DNA of 64,000 nt, from positions 2,400,001 through 2,464,000 of the forward strand of contig OZ255836.1 in the NCBI GenBank assembly GCA_965277715.1. The letters are read 5' to 3'. The stretch comes from Gammaproteobacteria bacterium. GTDB lineage: Bacteria; Pseudomonadota; Gammaproteobacteria; JBCCGL01. This document shows positions 42,405-53,882 of the stretch, in pieces; positions within the stretch are counted from its first letter, which is position 1; the number at the start of each line of letters is the position of its first letter. The translations under genes were made by a program, and so were the position numbers. The notes beneath the pieces are model-generated. The model worked only from the letters and a program-made list of their open reading frames with translations. It did not search any database and had not been told where the DNA came from.

Positions 42405-43411
42405 GGGGTCAATCGTATTTAATATTTTTCAAACGGTTGCAAACCTGCTCAAACACGCCCTTCAAGCTGCCGTCTGACAGCCCACTCTTTACATAATCAA
42501 TTGCAGGAGAAAGGCTACTCAACCAGCGTTTTTAACGGCATATCCCCCAATTGCTGACAACAATATATCGCTACTTTACGAGGCAGATTCGCCCGTTGTC
42601 TCCCCCGCTGTCGCGTAAGTACATCACTCGCGTTAACGCCAAACACCGCTGCCACTGCATCGACTATAGCTGCACCGTTTGGCTTGCCCGTCACAATACG
42701 GGACAAGTCCCCCGATATGTGCATCGACTCCCGGTTTTCGGCAATATACGTCTTGAAGGATTTGTCACCCAGTATCGTCGTCACATTGCCTTTGTTATAA
42801 AAACGGCTAATGTCCTCATCAATACCTTGACCAACATATGTCTTATAAGCAACGTAACGTTGTTTAGCGCCGAGTGCACTATAGGTTGCCTCTCGATACA
42901 ACCATTCCGGTGCTTTGGCTTGGTTGATGTAAGCGTGGTAACTCGACCAGGAATAGCTATCGAGCTTATCCGCTGTTACACCCTTTACTTCTATTGGGTT
43001 ACGATGAATGTAACGGCTTAAGGGTAATAAATAGTCGTCTGCATCCACAATAATCGCTTTATAACGACCGCGAAAAAGAGGCCCATCCGTGCGTCTAAGC
43101 CGGTTGTAGCGTTGTGTGTAGATACCATTGATATGCCGCATGATGCGATCCAGGTTAGCACGAGGGGTTTCGATCAATAGATGATAATGATTACCCATCA
43201 AACAGTAAGCGTGGATGCAGGCATCAAAGCGTTTATGTGCTTCATTGAGCGTTTGTAGAAATGCCTGGTAGTAAACTTCGCCATGAAAGATGGTCTGTCT
43301 GGCTTTGCCACGATTCATAACGTGGTAGTAGGCATTTTCGTATTGTATTCGAGTAGGTCTAGGCATCGTTTAAATTTATACTATTTTGAAAATATTAAAT
43401 AGGATTGACCC
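42405..43411 (-). mobile_element. RAYT-like element type B with terminal inverted repeats; small deletion near 42516 truncates the ORF
   Basis: ORF 42515-43366 with NHYHLL, YIHRNP; ends GGGGTCAATCGTATTTAATATTTT and AAAATATTAAATAGGATTGACCC. Confidence 0.85.
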
Positions 43412-43606
43412 GAATGGCACTTCCTTAAGGCGTAAGCAACTGATAGTAAAGAGTTTATTTATTCTTTCTAAGAAACAAAAATGATATTTTGAAAGTTGCC
43501 GCCAATGATAACCGGGATAGTTTTACAAATATTGCTTTCAAAAACCATATGCCAAGTTATCTTAACCAAACACGTAATACCAATACTTTCAAATACTTAC
43601 AGCTTA
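43412..43606. mobile_element. IS4-type MITE, right end truncated
   Basis: Starts GAATGGCACTTCCTTAAG; same body as 57125-57333. Confidence 0.8.
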
Positions 43607-43613
43607 CGAAAAA

Positions 43614-44493
43614 GGGGTCAATCGTATTTAATATTTTTCAAACGGTTGCAAACCTGCTCAAACACGCCCTTCAAGCTGCCGTCTGACAGCCCACTCTTTA
43701 CATAATCAATTGCAGGAGAAAGGCTACTAACACGACTATATCCAAACATATCAACCAGCGTTTTTAACGGCATATCTCCCAATTGCTGACAACAATATAT
43801 CGCTACTTTACGAGGCAGATTCACCCGTTGTCTCCCCCGCTGTCGCGTAAGTACATCACTCGCGTTAACGCCAAACACCGCTGCCACTGCATCGACTATA
43901 GCTGCACCGTTTGGCTTGTCCGTCACAATAAGGGACAAGTCCCCCGATATGTGCATCGACTCCCGGTTTTCGGCAATATACGTCTTGAAAGATTCGTCAC
44001 CCAGTATCGTCGTCACATTGCCTTTGTTATAAAAACGGCTAATGTCCTCATCAATACCTTGACCAACATATGTCTTATAAGCAACGTAACGTTGTTTAGC
44101 GCCGAGTGCACTATAGGTTGCCTCTCGATACAACCATTCCGGTGCTTTGGCTTGGTTGATGTAAGCGTGGTAACTCGACCAGGAATAGCTATCGAGCTTA
44201 TCCGCTGTTACACTCTTTGACTTCTATTGGGTTACGATGAATGTAACGACTTAAGGGTAATAAGTAGTCGTCTGCATCCACAATAATCGCTTTATAACGA
44301 CCGCGAAAAAGAGGCCCATCCGTGCGTCTAAGCCGGTTGTAGCGTTGTGTGTAGATACCATTGATATGCCGCATGATGCGATCCAGATTAGCACGAGGGG
44401 TTTCGATCAATAGATGATAATGATTACCCATCAAACAGTAAGCGTGGATGCAGGCATCAAAGCGTTTATGTGCTTCATTGAGCGTTTGTAGAA
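43614..44493 (-). pseudogene. RAYT-like type B, 5'-truncated and frameshifted
   Basis: ORF pieces 43618-44133 and 44198-44434; stop codon lies in the TGACCCC end. Confidence 0.85.
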
Positions 44494-44555
44494 CTGAACG
44501 CTAAAAATTGAATGAACGATTAAAAAATTGTTGAATTTAACTGCGGGTCCATATA
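44494..44555 (+). mobile_element. IS1111-type right-end tip
   Basis: Matches ~53779-53840 and abuts TGACCCC at 44556. Confidence 0.7.
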
Positions 44556-44615
44556 TGACCCCTTTGACCTTTCCCCTTTGACCTTTTTTTGTGTTCTGGC
44601 ATTGCCAATGGAGTG

Positions 44616-45020
44616 CTATTTGAATTGTTTTTTTAAATCAGAAAAAAATGCCAACGCAATTATCGCCCCATCGCTCATTAAGAAAATAGTTTTTGTGATT
44701 CGCTCTATCGGCGCAGATATCTCAATACCACTAAATGGCGCCAAGAAAATCAAGATAGAAATATCAATAAAAAGTAATAGCCATATCGCCCAACGGTTCA
44801 AAGATACAAGCCCTGTATAACAAATAAAACTTACGGCCAAAACTGCCCAAAATAGATATTCTGCTCCAGGAACTATCGAGCCGTATCCATCAATACGCAG
44901 AAGACTCTGGGTATTTTCATCAAAACTCTCCCAATAGACATCTCTGAAGAATGTCCACACCATGTTCGCGCTAAATGAGGTCAGCACTAAACATCGAAAG
45001 ACGGTTCTTGTTTCAACCAT
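44616..45020 (-). CDS. Membrane protein, putative Rhs immunity
   Basis: Four hydrophobic segments; directly downstream of the Rhs tip. Confidence 0.6.
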   Translation of the reverse strand: MVETRTVFRCLVLTSFSANMVWTFFRDVYWESFDENTQSLLRIDGYGSIVPGAEYLFWAVLAVSFICYTGLVSLNRWAIWLLLFIDISILIFLAPFSGIEISAPIERITKTIFLMSDGAIIALAFFSDLKKQFK

Positions 45021-45037
45021 GACTAATCAACTTTCGG

Positions 45038-45866
45038 TTACTTGCAGGAACACAGACTAGGCCCTCCAGAAGAATTACCACCATAATACGGATCATTTCC
45101 CTGACAAAATGAGCCGGGGACAGGCTGAGACGGAGGCGGCTGAACTGGGCATGAGCAACTAGGTTGTTTTCTGCGCGATGGCGGCCGCTTCGAATGTGGT
45201 ACCCTTGGATCATTCAAATTCTCAAGCAGTTCATGAAGAGGCCTGTTAAATCCAGGCGTCCGATATATCTCTCCATCAGGGTCGAAATAGATAAGCGGGT
45301 TCGCAAGCACATACAAAAACAAATTAGCATCTCCTGCTTTAAAGTTCTGTATACCAAATTGTTCTATAACTCCGTGAATACCTAACGGATCAACTGATAT
45401 ATATCGCCCAATGCTTGGATCGTAATACCGGAAGTAGTTGTAATGCAGTTGTGATTCACTGTCGTAATACTGCCCAACAAACCGCAAATTCACAACAACA
45501 TCTTTACCGTTGCCATCTGGATCACTTTTACTCAGCGTATCACCAAATGCTTCACCCTCCCAACGCCATACAATATTCCCACCTGAATCCATCGCAAAAC
45601 GGGGCGTCATCAGGTGATCAGTGTGAAGGTAGTAGATTGTATCGCTATCTGCAATAGCATCATATTCAATTTGTGCTATAGGCGCATAATCCAGTCAGAT
45701 ATAATCCTTTATAGGTTCTCCTCGCTCATTCGTTTCACTTATCAGCATTCCCTGAAAATCATAATATTAGACGGTGGTGCTAATAGTATTATCCGTATTA
45801 ACCACCACTTTACGCGTGCGCTGCCCCATCGCGTTATGGATGTAAGTCGCCTTTAGTGCGCCTTCG
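45038..45866 (-). pseudogene. Orphan Rhs core fragment plus variable tip
   Basis: Core nearly identical to 58040-58484 with a nonsense change; YNYFRYYDP..DPLG..NPL..DPDG then a Pro/Cys-rich tip. Confidence 0.85.
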
Positions 45867-45985
45867 ATTCAGATCAAAAAAACAATAGCTTGTTATTACC
45901 ATTCTATAAGCCAATAAAAAAGCCTCCGGTATACGAGGCTTTAACAAAAAATACTTTGTTTATACTAAATAACTAGCCTGACCCC
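45867..45985. repeat. 119-bp element (copy 3)
   Basis: Matches 20577-20695. Confidence 0.85.
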
Positions 45986-46085
45986 TTTTCTTAGAGAGCT
46001 TAAGGAAGTGCCATTCGGGTCAGGTGTTGAATTGCTAGTTTTAATGGTTCCTCCCCGGTTTGTGGGGAAAAAAGGGGTCAAGGCA

Positions 46086-46293
46086 GAATGGCACTTCCTT
46101 AAGCTGTAAGTATTTGAAAGTATTGGTATTACGTACTTGGTTCAGATAACTTAGCATATGGTTCTTGAAAGCAATATTTGTAAAACTATCCCGGTTATCA
46201 TTGGCGGCAACTTTCAAAATATCATTTTTTTTCTTAGAAAGAATAAATAAACTCTTTACTATCAGTTGCTTACGTCTTAAGGAAGTGCCATTC
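46086..46293. mobile_element. IS4-type MITE (opposite orientation)
   Basis: 18-bp TIRs GAATGGCACTTCCTTAAG / CTTAAGGAAGTGCCATTC. Confidence 0.85.
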
Positions 46294-46327
46294 TAGCCTG
46301 ACCCCTTTTTCTTTGTTTTCATTTTTC

Positions 46328-47104
46328 TCACGTGAGTATAACATCAACAGCTTTACCTCCTTCTAATTCAATTTGATCAAAACTAGCTAAGCATTTTTTT
46401 AGTTTTTTTTGCAAATGGGGTTTCAAATAAGGATAGACATTTTTTTCAGGTATGCGTTTTAGTCGCAGAAAAATGCATAGAGAGTATGCAAATTCGATTT
46501 CACTCAAGTAACCAATACATTGAGATTGCCAACCTATAGATTCAATATCTGAATCTTGGCTAAAAGTAAATGCAGAGTTTAATGAAAAAACCCCAAAACC
46601 TATAAAAACATCGATCATATCTATTGCAAACTCCCAATTTTCTTCTCCCCCAGGCGGATAACTATTTATTGTAGAACTTAAACAACAAGCTAGCTGGTGA
46701 GAAAGTATGGCTATAAGTTTCATAGGGCTATGCAACAAAGAAGGGGCATATGAAATTATAGTTTTATGATTATCTTCATATATATCGCCCAATGGATATC
46801 TGGGGCTATTTGATATAAGAATACCTGGAGAAACACAATCATCTGGCTCAGAATTTTGCTCACGTAACTCAAAATCCCACTCTTCCATCCCAGCGTGTTT
46901 TTTCACAAATGAAAAAATTTGTTCCGGAAAGTCCTCCGATTCATTTACTAAAATAGGAAAAAAATCATCTGTTGGCAAGATTAATTCTGTCTTCTCTAAA
47001 AAATAATCTTTTCCTAATTCAGATAGAAGCCACTTATAAGTTTCTATTTGAAAATAAATATCTTCATCTGAAAGAATTTTATTCTCTTTAAATAAACTAA
47101 ACAT
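46328..47104 (-). CDS. Hypothetical protein downstream of an Rhs tip (degenerate zincin-like SHQLA motif)
   Basis: 258 aa AT-rich ORF; LPTDDFFP, IAILSHQLA, PPGGEENWE, GYLSE. Confidence 0.65.
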   Translation of the reverse strand: MFSLFKENKILSDEDIYFQIETYKWLLSELGKDYFLEKTELILPTDDFFPILVNESEDFPEQIFSFVKKHAGMEEWDFELREQNSEPDDCVSPGILISNSPRYPLGDIYEDNHKTIISYAPSLLHSPMKLIAILSHQLACCLSSTINSYPPGGEENWEFAIDMIDVFIGFGVFSLNSAFTFSQDSDIESIGWQSQCIGYLSEIEFAYSLCIFLRLKRIPEKNVYPYLKPHLQKKLKKCLASFDQIELEGGKAVDVILT

Positions 47105-47209
47105 TACTAATACTACTCTTAATATTTAACTAACGTTATTAAATCAACCCAAGCTTTCTGCCTATTAATTTCTAAGAGATTAAAAACGCTTACAACGACC
47201 TAAAACCAT

Positions 47210-48110
47210 TTAAGAACAATACCCAGTCTCATCGGCGGGGAATCTAGGTGGCCAGGTCTGAGGTGGCCAGGTGTTCTTTGGATCTGGAAACTCTGGTAAT
47301 TTTGGCCATACTTGATCTGGGTCTGGAAGGTTTTGCCGAGTTCGCTCTCTATACTCACCTTCTCTCACTTTTTGCTCCTGCTCTCGCTGAGCTTTTCGAG
47401 CTTCTCTATTAGATGGTGTACGTACTGGTATATTCCGCAGAGAAGTATAATTCTCTCCCATACTTGGATAAAATCTGCCACGATGCCAAGTACCAGAACG
47501 CCCTCCATAGGAACCAGATGTCCGAGGATTGCTTGTGGTTCTTCCTCTCGACAAACCATAATAGTCACTCCAGTAAAGTGGATTTCCCTCAACATACCCG
47601 TAAGTATTAATCCCACCATATAGTCCAATCGGATCGTGGGTTATATACCTTCCAGTAGTAGGGTCATAGTATCGGAAGTAGTTATAGTGAAGTTGTGATT
47701 CACTGTCATAATACTGCCCAGCAAACCGCAAATTCACAACAACATCTTTACCGTTGCCATCTGGATCACTTTTACTCAGCGTATCACCAAATGCTTCACC
47801 CTCCCAACGCCATACAATATTCCCACCTGAATCCGTCGCAAAACGGGGCGTCATCAGGTGATCGGTGTGAAGATAGTAGATTGTATCGCTATCTGCAATA
47901 GCATCATATTCAATTTGTGCTATAGGCGCATAATCCAGCCAGATATAATCCTTTATAGGTTCTCCTCGCTCATTCGTTTCACTTATCAGCATTCCCTGAA
48001 AATCATAATGGTAGACGGTGGTGCTAATAGTATTATCCGTATTAACCACCACTTTACGCGTGCGCTGCCCCATCGCGTTATGGATGTAAGTCGCCTTTAG
48101 TGCGCCTTCG
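47210..48110 (-). CDS. Orphan Rhs core fragment plus Arg/Pro-rich tip
   Basis: ORF 47210-48073; DPIGLYGGINTYGYVEGNPL..DYYGL. Confidence 0.85.
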
Positions 48111-48228
48111 ATTCAGATCAAAAAAACAATAGCTTGTTATTACCATTCTATAAGCCAATAAAAAAGCCTCCGGTATACGAGGCTTTAACAAAAAATACTT
48201 TGTTTATACTAAATAACTAGCCTGACCC
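48111..48228. repeat. 119-bp element (copy 4)
   Basis: Same Rhs junction as copy 3. Confidence 0.85.
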
Positions 48229-48436
48229 GAATGGCACTTCCTTAAGACGTAAGCAACTGATAGTAAAGAGTTTATTTATTCTTTCTAAGAAAAAAAATGA
48301 TATTTTGAAAGTTGCCGCCAATGATAACCGGGATAGTTTTACAAATATTGCTTTCAAGAACCATATGCCAAGTTATCTGAACCAAGCACGTAATACCAAT
48401 ACTTTCAAATACTTACAGCTTAAGGAAGTGCCATTC
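48229..48436. mobile_element. IS4-type MITE with 11-bp target duplication
   Basis: TAGCCTGACCC at 48218-48228 and 48437-48447. Confidence 0.9.
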
Positions 48437-48562
48437 TAGCCTGACCCCTTTTATTCTTAAAAAAAAGCCAAGAGATTCACGCCCGAAATCAGACGAAGCA
48501 TGGACTCGCGAACTGTCTGACTTCTTATTGGGTGTGAATAAACTTATCGAACAGGATGATTT

Positions 48563-48868
48563 TTAATCTTCAAATGGGGTGAGAATACTCTCAGCTTCAC
48601 TTTGCCTTAGAAAGCGCGTAAATAATTCCACCCCATCTTCGATGCTATCTTCGATAGGAAATACACGTTCGACCTGATGAAATTTCCACGCAACTTTAAC
48701 TGAATCTGAAGTAGTAAATTCAGATTCGTGTTTCCCAGCAACTTTTTTTGCTTTTTCTTCGGCTTCAGCTTCATCAAGGGCTGAAACCAATAAAATGCGT
48801 TCTTCCCATAGCGGCGGCTCTGAATCACTTCGTTTGCTTTTATACATAAGGCTAACTGAGTAATACAT
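48563..48868 (-). CDS. Putative immunity protein (DUF4288-like)
   Basis: MYYSVSLMYKS..LWEERILLVSALDEAEAEEKA; 8 bp after the Rhs tip stop. Confidence 0.65.
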   Translation of the reverse strand: MYYSVSLMYKSKRSDSEPPLWEERILLVSALDEAEAEEKAKKVAGKHESEFTTSDSVKVAWKFHQVERVFPIEDSIEDGVELFTRFLRQSEAESILTPFED

Positions 48869-48876
48869 ATTAAGTC

Positions 48877-49768
48877 CTATTTTTGGAATCGTTTATCGTT
48901 CAATAATTTCCATGCCTTTTTGTATTCCTTGCTGTTACCCCGTCTTATTTCTTCAAGTGTTTTGCCTCTAAGGTTTTCGGGGAATTCGCGATTGATACTG
49001 CCCTTACAGTTTTTTCCAATCCAGTCATCAGCTTTGCTACCAAACTTATCAAGTGCATCTTGTGCAGCTTTTCTCAGTTTCGGATCAGACAGCGCGTCCA
49101 TTATGTTTCTTATCTGACGGGTATTACCACGCGCTATAGCTTGCATCAATGCTGCACGAAGTGAATCAAGACCGGTTGGGTCAATAAAGTTAACGGGATT
49201 CTGTTCAGCATAGCCATACAAATGGTTTAGCGAACCATACAGCCCTTCCGGCGAGATAAGCCCCATTTGGACAGCGATTTGCAACTGTGGGTCACTGTAG
49301 TCGCGTAGGATACCAATTGGGTCAGCAGTTAAATACCTTCCGAGACTGGGGTCATAGTATCGGAAGTAGTTATAGTGAAGTTGTGATTCACTGTCATAAT
49401 ACTGCCCAGCAAACCGCAAATTCACAACAACATCTTTACCGTTGCCATCTGGATCACTTTTACTCAGCGTATCACCAAATGCTTCACCCTCCCAACGCCA
49501 TACAATATTCCCACCTGAATCCGTCGCAAAACGGGGCGTCATCAGGTGATCAGTGTGAAGGTAGTAGATTGTATCGCTATCTGCAATAGCATCATATTCA
49601 ATTTGTGCTATAGGCGCATAATCCAGCCAGATATAATCCTTTATAGGTTCTCCTCGCTCATTCGTTTCACTTATCAGCACTCCCTGAAAATCATAATGGT
49701 AGACGGTGGTGCTAATAGTATTATCCGTATTAACCACCACTTTACGCATGCGCTGCCCCATCGCGTTA
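48877..49768 (-). CDS. Orphan Rhs core fragment plus basic helical toxin tip
   Basis: NPVNFIDPTGL then ..CKGSINREFP..KTLEEI..WKLLNDKRFQK. Confidence 0.85.
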
Positions 49769-50181
49769 CTGCGCACCTGTCCATGGCTTACGCCGCTATC
49801 GCGCTTCAGCCCTGGCCAGTTTGTTGGTCGCTCCTGCGCGTCCTGCGCTCGCGACATTAGTGCATCCCTGCACGTCGCCCACCCACCCGTGTCAGGAACA
49901 GGGTGGCTCCAGCCAGCCCAAAAAGCGTGCTGTCTTCCACTCCCCCTGTCCCTGGCACTCCCCATTTTTTAGTCGCTAATGTGGCTGGGGCTTCGATTAG
50001 CCAAGGTGGCGTCGGGTAGAGCGGCCTTCCTGTGTCTCCCTTTACCTTAGCACCGTGCTCGGGTCGTCAAGGCCAAACCCTACGGGTGCTCCGCTGTGCT
50101 GCGCAGCCTTGACAACCCTGCGCTCGATGCACGGAAAAGGCAGCCCCAGGAATCCCTCCGGGGCATTAGCAGGAGAAACAA

Positions 50182-50394
50182 ATGAAACATCATCTAATTC
50201 TTACACCGCCTCAAGCCTTTATAGATCGTTGTGAACAAGACGGGGTTAAACCCGAACGGGTATTGAAAGGGTTTATTGCCGATCTGTGTGAGTTGTATGA
50301 AGGGGATTATCTGAGCAATGGCAGTGATGAGCGAATGAAAGCAGAGGAGTACTACAACCGGGTAGGGTATCAGTACTGGAAGGAGTGCAAATAA
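50182..50394 (+). CDS. Small hypothetical protein
   Basis: SD AGGAGA; degenerate inverted copy at ~55183-55365. Confidence 0.6.
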   Translation: MKHHLILTPPQAFIDRCEQDGVKPERVLKGFIADLCELYEGDYLSNGSDERMKAEEYYNRVGYQYWKECK

Positions 50395-50486
50395 TCATCG
50401 TCCAAGGGCCGGGGTTTATCCTCGGCTCTTTCCCGGCGTTGGTATTGGGGACTGGCGGCTAAAGAAAAAAAGCACTTGCAAAGCGG

Positions 50487-51161
50487 ATGAATTTAGTGGA
50501 AAAGGTGTGTCTAGGTAAAATTTTTAGAGGTATAGGGTTGTATCAGGGGAATTGTGCGTTAAGTGATTGTCCTTACTGGGAAAAACCGGCGGCGAACGAT
50601 GAGTGGGCATCGGAGCAAGTACTTGCTGGGCAGTATTTTGATCAAGAAACCAAACTGCACTATAACTACTTCCGGTATTACGATCCAAGTACAGGGCGAT
50701 ATGTAACTCATGATCCGATTGGGTTATACGGTGGATTTAATACTTATGGATATGCCTATCAAAATCCACTTTATTGGATAGATTTATTCGGCTTGGATGT
50801 TATTTGTGAAGATGGTGTAGTAAAGCCAACTGATCCAACTCTTCTTGATATTTTGAAAAAAATAGATGAAAAATACCCAAATAAAGATGTCAATGTTACA
50901 AGTGGCACTAGAACACCGGAGCATCAAGAACGGCTTAGGCCTGGTACTGGGTACGGTACTAACGGTACAAAAGTAAGTGATCATGTCAAAGATCGTGCTG
51001 CAGATGTTAAAGTTGATGGTGTTTCATCATCTGATGTTGCAGATCTTGCAAGGGAATTAGGAGCGTCTGGAACTATACCATATAAAAACCACACACATGT
51101 TGATACAAATCCTAATAGGCAATATCATCCTAGGCCATCAGCTTTGCCATCATCACAATGA
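50487..51161 (+). CDS. Rhs tip with M15-type peptidase domain
   Basis: Rhs similarity starts at AGQYFD (~50624); tip VTSGTRTPEHQ..SDH..AADV..HTHVD. Confidence 0.75.
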   Translation: MNLVEKVCLGKIFRGIGLYQGNCALSDCPYWEKPAANDEWASEQVLAGQYFDQETKLHYNYFRYYDPSTGRYVTHDPIGLYGGFNTYGYAYQNPLYWIDLFGLDVICEDGVVKPTDPTLLDILKKIDEKYPNKDVNVTSGTRTPEHQERLRPGTGYGTNGTKVSDHVKDRAADVKVDGVSSSDVADLARELGASGTIPYKNHTHVDTNPNRQYHPRPSALPSSQ

Positions 51162-51604
51162 AATTAATTAAATTTTTATTTTTAATAATTAATTTATTTT
51201 CTTTCCATGCTAATGCTGATGAGGTGTTTCCTTTAGAGCTAGAGAAGGTTGATAGGCTTCAGTGGTATGGCAATATTTTTAAAATGGAGATGGGCCCATT
51301 GGATATGAGTAACAATATTCGCTATAGGATTTTATATATGAAGGAGGAAGCTTATCTTGTATATTTTGAAAAGCTATACGAGGATGATGAGGGTTTGATT
51401 CGACTTCGTGATAGTTATTTCGTTAATTTTTTTGATGTATTAAAGAATATAGATAGATCATACGATTTTGTAACCATAGATTTTTTTTATTGGATTTCAG
51501 AGTCAGTGATCAAAGTTAAGACTAATAAGGGGTTTTTTATTATTTATTCTGAAAATGATAAATGGTTCGTAACTGCTCACCCCCGAAATTCCCAGTTAGA
51601 ATAA
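51158..51604 (+). CDS. Exported putative immunity protein
   Basis: Signal peptide ending ANA-D; overlaps the toxin stop by 4 bp. Confidence 0.7.
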   Translation: MKLIKFLFLIINLFSFHANADEVFPLELEKVDRLQWYGNIFKMEMGPLDMSNNIRYRILYMKEEAYLVYFEKLYEDDEGLIRLRDSYFVNFFDVLKNIDRSYDFVTIDFFYWISESVIKVKTNKGFFIIYSENDKWFVTAHPRNSQLE

Positions 51605-51631
51605 TAAATACAAATGAAAGGGATCATATAT

Positions 51632-53191
51632 CAATGGCACTAAGTTAAGCGGTTTTAGCGGGTAAAATAAACGAAAAAATAACTGTAATAAACCCAATAA
51701 AAAAGGCTGAAATGTTATAATTTTGTATGAAAAATACAACCTTATTTCTACCCGGATTCAACATCCAAACACTCCGCAAAACACCCCGTTCAGCCATTCA
51801 AATCTTGCACGATAAGATAGCAAAAATACGTCACAAATCACTGAGTGAACTACCTGTTTTTCTTGGCGATATTATACCCACGAATATTCTTAAACCGAAT
51901 GATTTTGGTGTGAATAGTCGTCGACGTATTTTCAGTAAAGAAAATACTTTCTGGTTGTTTTTTTCACAAATAATGAACGCCGATGGTGGCTGTAAAGAAG
52001 TCGTTAGACAACTGCAAAATGTCGCCCACAACCAAGGCATTCCCATACCTTCATCATCCACCTCCGCCTATTGCCAAGCACGTAAAAAACTACCCATGGA
52101 CGATCTTAAAAACGTATTTTCAGGGACGTGTCGATTATCGCCACCTCAACCCAAAGCGCTCCAAGGTCGACCGGTTATCGTTGCCGATGGGACAGGCCTA
52201 TCCATGCCCGATACGCCCGCGAATCAACAAACTTACCCACAACCGAAATCACAAAAACAGGGATGCGGATTTCCTCAAGCACGGCTTTTAGCTTGTTTTA
52301 ATCTTTATAGCGGTTTAATTCTGAGCTATGCACTAGGAAATAAAAAAAGTCATGAGCTAAGACTTTTAGAAGAACAATGGGATACCTTCAATGAAGGTGA
52401 CATTTTCTTAGGTGATAAAGGTTTTTGCAGCTTCTACGATATTGACTGCCTCTCTCGACGAACGGTTGACAGTGTCGTTACATTGGCGCGGAGAACGCCC
52501 AGCACTGCCTCCCAGGCCAAAAAGAAGATAGCCGATAATGACCTTCATATTGAATGGCAAAAACCTAAACACACAAAAGCGACCCGTTACACAAAAGAGC
52601 AGCATAGCGACCTTCCAAAGACCTTAACTTTACGACAAATACACGTCAGTATTGTACGAAAAGGATTTAGGACGAACCATTTTTATATCATCACGACACT
52701 ACTTGATGCTCAGCAATATCCCGCTATAGAAATTATCGACCTCTATGCACAGCGCTGGAATGTGGAACTGTATTTTCGCAATATTAAAACCACCATGGGT
52801 ATGGATATATTACGCTGTAAAACACCTGATATGGTTCGTAAGGAAATCATCATGCACATGATTGTTTACAACACGATCAGGCACATCATGTGTGTCGCTT
52901 CATACCGACATGACACACCGGTTGATCGGCTAAGTCTTAAAGGTGTTTTGCAAACACTCCGACAAAGCACTTCATCACTTGGTAGTGGGCAGAGTCCAGC
53001 ACAAAAAAGACGGCAATATCTTGATTATTTATATGCAGCGATTGCGGATGATCGTGTGCTTCATCGACCTTTTAGATTTGAACCAAGAGTGGTAAAAAGG
53101 CGACCTAAACCACGGGCATTAATGACTCGACCAAGGAACGTTTTAAAAACTGAATATTGGCAAGCTAAAGCGGCTTAACTTAGTGCCATTG
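51632..53191 (+). mobile_element. IS4-family insertion sequence (transposase 51727-53178)
   Basis: TIRs CAATGGCACTAAGTTAAGC / GCTTAACTTAGTGCCATTG; ADGT, GDKGF, YAQRWNVELYFRNIK. Confidence 0.92.
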
Positions 53192-53840
53192 GCCTCTGAT
53201 CACCACTGCCTTGTTTACAGCAATGGGCGATCCGGGTTTTTATAAAAACGGGCGTGAGTTTTCCGCCTTTTTGGGTCTCGTTCCTCGTCAATATAGTTCG
53301 GGGAGCAAAACGCAACTCAAAGGTATCAGTAAACGCGGGGACGAACACGTGCGCACTTTGTTGATACAGGGGGCGCAAGCGGCATTAAGTCGAATGCCTA
53401 AACACGATGATGGGCTAAGTCGTTGGGCCTGTCGTGTCAAAGCACGTCGGGGCCATTGTGTGGCGGCGGTGGCATTGGCCAATAAGCTCGCCAGAATTAA
53501 CTGGGCGGTAGCGGCTAATAATACAACTTACGTGTATAAAACAGCTTAATAACGTCGTTGAAGATTTCTTACCACGAGGTAGCGAAAGAGCAGTAAATGG
53601 TATAACAGGTTAAACCGGCTCAGACAGAACCTGGAGGGGGTCATGGTCTTCACAGACCGATTGCTTGATGAGGTGTCTGAGCACGGTTCCCATTATGGCT
53701 CTGGACGGATAAACAAATACAATCCGTCCTATTGAGAAGCCGAATATATGACTGCTAACCTTATTTACTGTGGCTGCTCTGAACGCTAAAAAATGAATGA
53801 ACGATTAAAAAATTGTTGAATTTAACTGCGGGTCCATATA
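53192..53840 (+). mobile_element. IS110/IS1111 remnant with downstream non-coding (bridge/seek RNA) region
   Basis: ORF piece 53211-53549; non-coding 53550-53840; abuts TGACCCC at 53841. Confidence 0.85.
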
Positions 53841-53882
53841 TGACCCCTTTTACTGATCCCTTTTCTCTTTTCTCTCTCATTT

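Noticed and set aside
49769-49965. N-terminal extension of the 48877 Rhs ORF
   Set aside because: Reads through a GC-rich palindromic repeat; Rhs homology stops near 49768
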